Positions 60,629 through 64,000 of a stretch of DNA of 64,000 nucleotides are shown in pieces. Each line of letters starts with the position of its first letter. Within the stretch, counting starts at the first letter, position 1. This DNA comes from an uncultured bacterium (GTDB lineage: Bacteria; Patescibacteriota; Dojkabacteria; SC72), in the NCBI GenBank assembly GCA_903906305.1, contig CAIVJR010000003.1, positions 58,875-122,874 on the forward strand, in the 5' to 3' direction. The translations under genes were made by a program, and so were the position numbers. Under the pieces are notes generated by a model. It did no database searches. It was not told the origin of the DNA and was given only the letters and a program-made list of their open reading frames with translations.

Positions 60629-60657
60629 TTGACGTATTCTCAAATTATTGCTATAAT
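60629..60657 (+). promoter_or_regulatory. Near-consensus sigma70 promoter of the 76-aa gene
   Basis: TTGACG, 17 nt, TGc-TATAAT (extended -10). Confidence 0.85.
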
Positions 60658-60692
60658 GTAGGCGTAATAAATTAAATTCTTATTCACTAATT

Positions 60693-60923
60693 ATGAAGAA
60701 GATACAAAATATATTACTTAGCACTTTGACATCGTTAACAATCCTATCCGTAAATGCTGTTTCAGTATTTGCAGATGGTGGAGACCCATATGTACCACAT
60801 AAACCTATTGATACAGGTTTCGCAGATCTAGAAACAATAGTTCTTGTTGGTATCGTATTATATGCTGTAGGTGTTTCATTTATAGCATTCTCTCAGTTAA
60901 TGAAGAACAAGTTTGTAAAGTAA
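60693..60923 (+). CDS. Tiny secreted protein: signal peptide + about 14 aa + PIDTG sorting-like motif + TM + basic tail (candidate sortase substrate)
   Basis: MKK..VFA|DGGDPYVPHKPIDTG-FADLET-hydrophobic helix-KNKFVK; own promoter and terminator; adjacent to a sortase. Confidence 0.8.
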   Translation: MKKIQNILLSTLTSLTILSVNAVSVFADGGDPYVPHKPIDTGFADLETIVLVGIVLYAVGVSFIAFSQLMKNKFVK

Positions 60924-60932
60924 TAAACAGAT

Positions 60933-60958
60933 AAAGACCCTCGAAAGAGGGTCTTTTT
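60933..60958 (+). terminator. Intrinsic terminator
   Basis: aaagaccctc-GAAA-gagggtcttttt. Confidence 0.9.
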
Positions 60959-60992
60959 GTTTAATTATTCTCTTTTGTGCTAAAATTACACC

Positions 60993-62597
60993 ATGATAAA
61001 CTGCCTAAAGAGAAACCTCTCTATACTAATTGTTGCGATTCTTGCATTAGGATTAATAATTCTTAATGTTAAGTTGAATTTCATAATAATGGGAGCAGAT
61101 AATGCCTCTCCATACTTTAACCCAATACAGATATTAAGTAGGATAAAAGATACCTCCGCGGTCATATTTGGTGGGATTGTATTTCAAGTTCCTTTCCTAC
61201 AAACGTTGAAGCTAATTGGATTAAATCCAGAAATCATTTCAAATATATACGTATTTTCAAACTTCTTTTTTGGAGTTATTGGAATTGCATTAATAATACG
61301 AAAACAAACACATAACTTCTGGGCTACAATATTAGGTTCTTTAATATTCATCACCAGTCTCTTTACCTTCTTCATATTCTCGCAACCAAACTTCCTCTTC
61401 ATCGCCGCCTATGGTTCCATTCCAATGCTCATTTACATACTCTCAAGAAACAAACTTAATTGGTACCATTGGGTATTACTTGTTCTCTTTTCCATATCAT
61501 TCCTTACAACTACACTAAATATTGTTGCTTTTGGACTATATTGGTTCCAAGTACTTGTGCTTTCACAAATCCTTGTTAAAGACAAGAATCTTTGGAAAAG
61601 AAACCTACTGTGGGGAATAGGTATAGTTTTAGTCTGGTTGGCGACAATCCAATCAATCATGATGATTAACGGAGATTACAAACTCTTCATTGTGAATATA
61701 TATAACTACACACAAGATCTTTTAACCAATGCATATATGTCCACTGTTACATCGGGGATTCTTGCTTCTGAAAAGACTAATTCACTTGTTAGAACTTTCC
61801 AGTTTGCACTTGGGTGGATGGAATTACATAACTCAAGCAATCAACCAATTTTTGAATTCTATTCCACATACAGAGAGAATATACTTTATACCATACTCGG
61901 TATAGTTCCATTCTTACTATCATTGTTAATAATAGTATTTAAAAAGAGTAAAAAGTATTTGCTTCTCCTTTTGGTTCTTTTTCTTTTTGTATTAGCATCC
62001 AGTGGAGTAGGGATGTCCATAATTGAAAAAATACCATACCTAAGTAGTGGATTAAGATGGGCATCAAGTAAGCTATGGCCTATGTATGTGATACCAATAA
62101 CAATATTATCAAGTGTAGTAATAGCAGAAATTATAAAAGGTAAAAAACTTCTCTCTAAGTTGGTATTTTTAATCCCACTGGTAGCCATACTTGGTATATA
62201 CAGCTATCCTATACTAAATGGGCATTTGATCTCTCAAAAAGTACTCGTAAATGTACCTACTGAATACTACAATCTTCCTACTGACTCTAAAATATTAGTA
62301 TTACCTCATCCTCAGAAGTTATACATGCGAGATTTTGAATGGGGATACTATGGTTCGGATTTCCTTTCATATCTCAATAGTTCTCAAATAGTTGATGGTG
62401 CAAATATGTATGAATATGCAACAGAATATGAGCAGATATTAGAAAGTGGGATTATTCCATCTGATATCCATTATGTTATGTACAACACATCTGCAGAGAT
62501 TAACCTTGATAATGATTTAAAACGAAAAAGTCTAGAACTCATTAAAGATCTAAAACCTCTTAATTCAAACCAGTATTTTACACTCTATGAAAAATAA
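60993..62597 (+). CDS. Polytopic membrane protein, probable GT-C-fold glycosyltransferase
   Basis: About 12 hydrophobic segments; acidic loop after TM1 (GADN); overlaps a GT4 gene. Confidence 0.55.
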   Translation: MINCLKRNLSILIVAILALGLIILNVKLNFIIMGADNASPYFNPIQILSRIKDTSAVIFGGIVFQVPFLQTLKLIGLNPEIISNIYVFSNFFFGVIGIALIIRKQTHNFWATILGSLIFITSLFTFFIFSQPNFLFIAAYGSIPMLIYILSRNKLNWYHWVLLVLFSISFLTTTLNIVAFGLYWFQVLVLSQILVKDKNLWKRNLLWGIGIVLVWLATIQSIMMINGDYKLFIVNIYNYTQDLLTNAYMSTVTSGILASEKTNSLVRTFQFALGWMELHNSSNQPIFEFYSTYRENILYTILGIVPFLLSLLIIVFKKSKKYLLLLLVLFLFVLASSGVGMSIIEKIPYLSSGLRWASSKLWPMYVIPITILSSVVIAEIIKGKKLLSKLVFLIPLVAILGIYSYPILNGHLISQKVLVNVPTEYYNLPTDSKILVLPHPQKLYMRDFEWGYYGSDFLSYLNSSQIVDGANMYEYATEYEQILESGIIPSDIHYVMYNTSAEINLDNDLKRKSLELIKDLKPLNSNQYFTLYEK

Positions 62598-63702
62598 TAT
62601 CGTCATAATGGCTTGGAGAGATATCTGGCATCCAGAGAAGGGTGGCGCTGACATATATATCCAAAGGGTAGCTACATACCTTAAGAACAGAGGTTTCAGT
62701 GTTATCTACCTTACAGCCATGTACAATGGTGCAAAGAAGGAAGAGGTAAGAGATGGAATTAAATATATTAGAATGGGAAATCCAATATCAATATATTTAC
62801 TTCTACCTCTGTATTTCATCTTTAAACTTAAGGATTCTACAAAACTATTAATTGAGAATTTCAATGCGGTTCCATTCAATATTCCAATATATTTCGATAG
62901 GAATATTACCGTAATACATCATCTCCAGGATGAAGAATGGAGATTAAAATATGGCAAATTTTTAGGTAAAATGCTCCATTTTATCTTTACCAATATGTTG
63001 GTCAGAAATTACAAGCGTGAGAAATATCTTGTAACCGTTTCACCATCTTCAAGAACTGAATTAATAGACAACGGATTCTCATCGAACAACATCTCTATTG
63101 TCTACAACGGAATAAATACTAAGGTTAACGCTAAAGCAGAGAAAGATAACTCCGTCATAAAGATACTCTCCCATGGAAGAATGCCTCGAACAAAGCATAT
63201 TGATAAAGCTATTAGATTGATTAATTACACAGTAAAAAAGCTTGGGATAAAAAATATTGTACTTAAAATATCGGGAAGAGGTGCTGATGAAGAGAGATTA
63301 AAGGGATTAGTCAAAAAATATCAGCTTGAAAACTACGTAAAATTTTTGGGCTATGTAAGTGATAGGGAAAGAGCAAGATTATTTGAAGAAGCTCACTTAC
63401 ATGTACAATTCTCGCGAAAAGAAGGGTGGGGAACAACAGTATTAGAAGCATCTTCTAAGCGTACTCCAACTATTTGTTTCCCTGTACAAGGGTTAAGAGA
63501 TAGCGTAAAAGATAGTACAGGATATCTGGTTAGAGGATCATTGAGAGAAACCTGGAAACAAGCAATACATGATATTCAAAGCAACAATCAGAACTATGTA
63601 TCCAAACAAGATGCTGGTGTTATGTGGTCCTCACAATTTATATGGAGAAACCAGATGGAACACTTTGGAGAGATAGTTAGAAAAGCTTTAGTAAAGTATT
63701 AA
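62587..63702 (+). CDS. Glycosyltransferase family 4
   Basis: WRDIWHPEKGGA, VTVSPS, IVYNGI, FLGYVS and SRKEGWGTTVLEA (EX7E). Confidence 0.93.
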   Translation: MKNNIVIMAWRDIWHPEKGGADIYIQRVATYLKNRGFSVIYLTAMYNGAKKEEVRDGIKYIRMGNPISIYLLLPLYFIFKLKDSTKLLIENFNAVPFNIPIYFDRNITVIHHLQDEEWRLKYGKFLGKMLHFIFTNMLVRNYKREKYLVTVSPSSRTELIDNGFSSNNISIVYNGINTKVNAKAEKDNSVIKILSHGRMPRTKHIDKAIRLINYTVKKLGIKNIVLKISGRGADEERLKGLVKKYQLENYVKFLGYVSDRERARLFEEAHLHVQFSRKEGWGTTVLEASSKRTPTICFPVQGLRDSVKDSTGYLVRGSLRETWKQAIHDIQSNNQNYVSKQDAGVMWSSQFIWRNQMEHFGEIVRKALVKY

Positions 63703-64000
63703 TAAAAATATCACTATTAATATTCCAAATATAAAGAGGAATATAGAGAACATGTTATCAATACCCACAAACCAAATCTCAGATGTCTGATTATACACAG
63801 ATACATTTTTAAAAATATTGGTATTTAAGAAGCTATCTCCCTTTCTGGATATTAAAAAGTCCGAGTTATAGTTACGTAAATACAGACTAGAGCTACTCAA
63901 GCAGTTTGTCTCCAGAGTAAGCTTAGGTATTAATCCTGTTGTGTACCCATATGATGATATATCACAATTATCCTTGTATATAGATAGTTTTGTAGAATTC
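63688..64000 (-). CDS. 3' end of a membrane protein running off the window
   Basis: Frame stays open to the window edge (no stop in 63901-64000); C-terminal TM. Confidence 0.65.
   Translation of the reverse strand, partial: NSTKLSIYKDNCDISSYGYTTGLIPKLTLETNCLSSSSLYLRNYNSDFLISRKGDSFLNTNIFKNVSVYNQTSEIWFVGIDNMFSIFLFIFGILIVIFLLILY

Overview
Low-GC bacterial chromosome segment in genetic code 11. Gene content points to a Patescibacteria/CPR-type organism, possibly Dojkabacteria-like (inference): a type IV pilus cluster without pilP/pilQ, two sortases, trigger factor without its PPIase domain, a membrane-anchored Clp-family ATPase and a giant DUF2341-type surface protein. Housekeeping genes are thrS-infC-rpmI-rplT-pheST, PBP1A, hisS, mutS, tig-clpP, tRNA-Val(GAC), dus, rpmF-nusB-rnc-rpsP-khpA, holB and gyrB/gyrA. 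There are two small accessory islets (about 21.3-24.5 kb and 31.8-34.3 kb) and the start of a glycosylation cluster. Most interesting signals: (1) an M15 peptidase-sortase-'micro-substrate' locus whose 76-aa gene has a near-consensus promoter and its own terminator and would leave only about 14 residues after processing; (2) a CTGCYCA motif 0-4 nt before the starts of pilB, pilM, a His-to-Asp PEP-synthase-like gene and the membrane-Clp operon; (3) pervasive leaderless-type promoters, including a Thr-containing leader ORF before thrS; (4) a giant adhesin made of phage tail-fibre-like HxH modules with variable Gly-rich tips; (5) a 600-bp inverted-repeat-bounded element carrying an orphan gene. 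All family calls come from motif recognition by eye; no database search was run.
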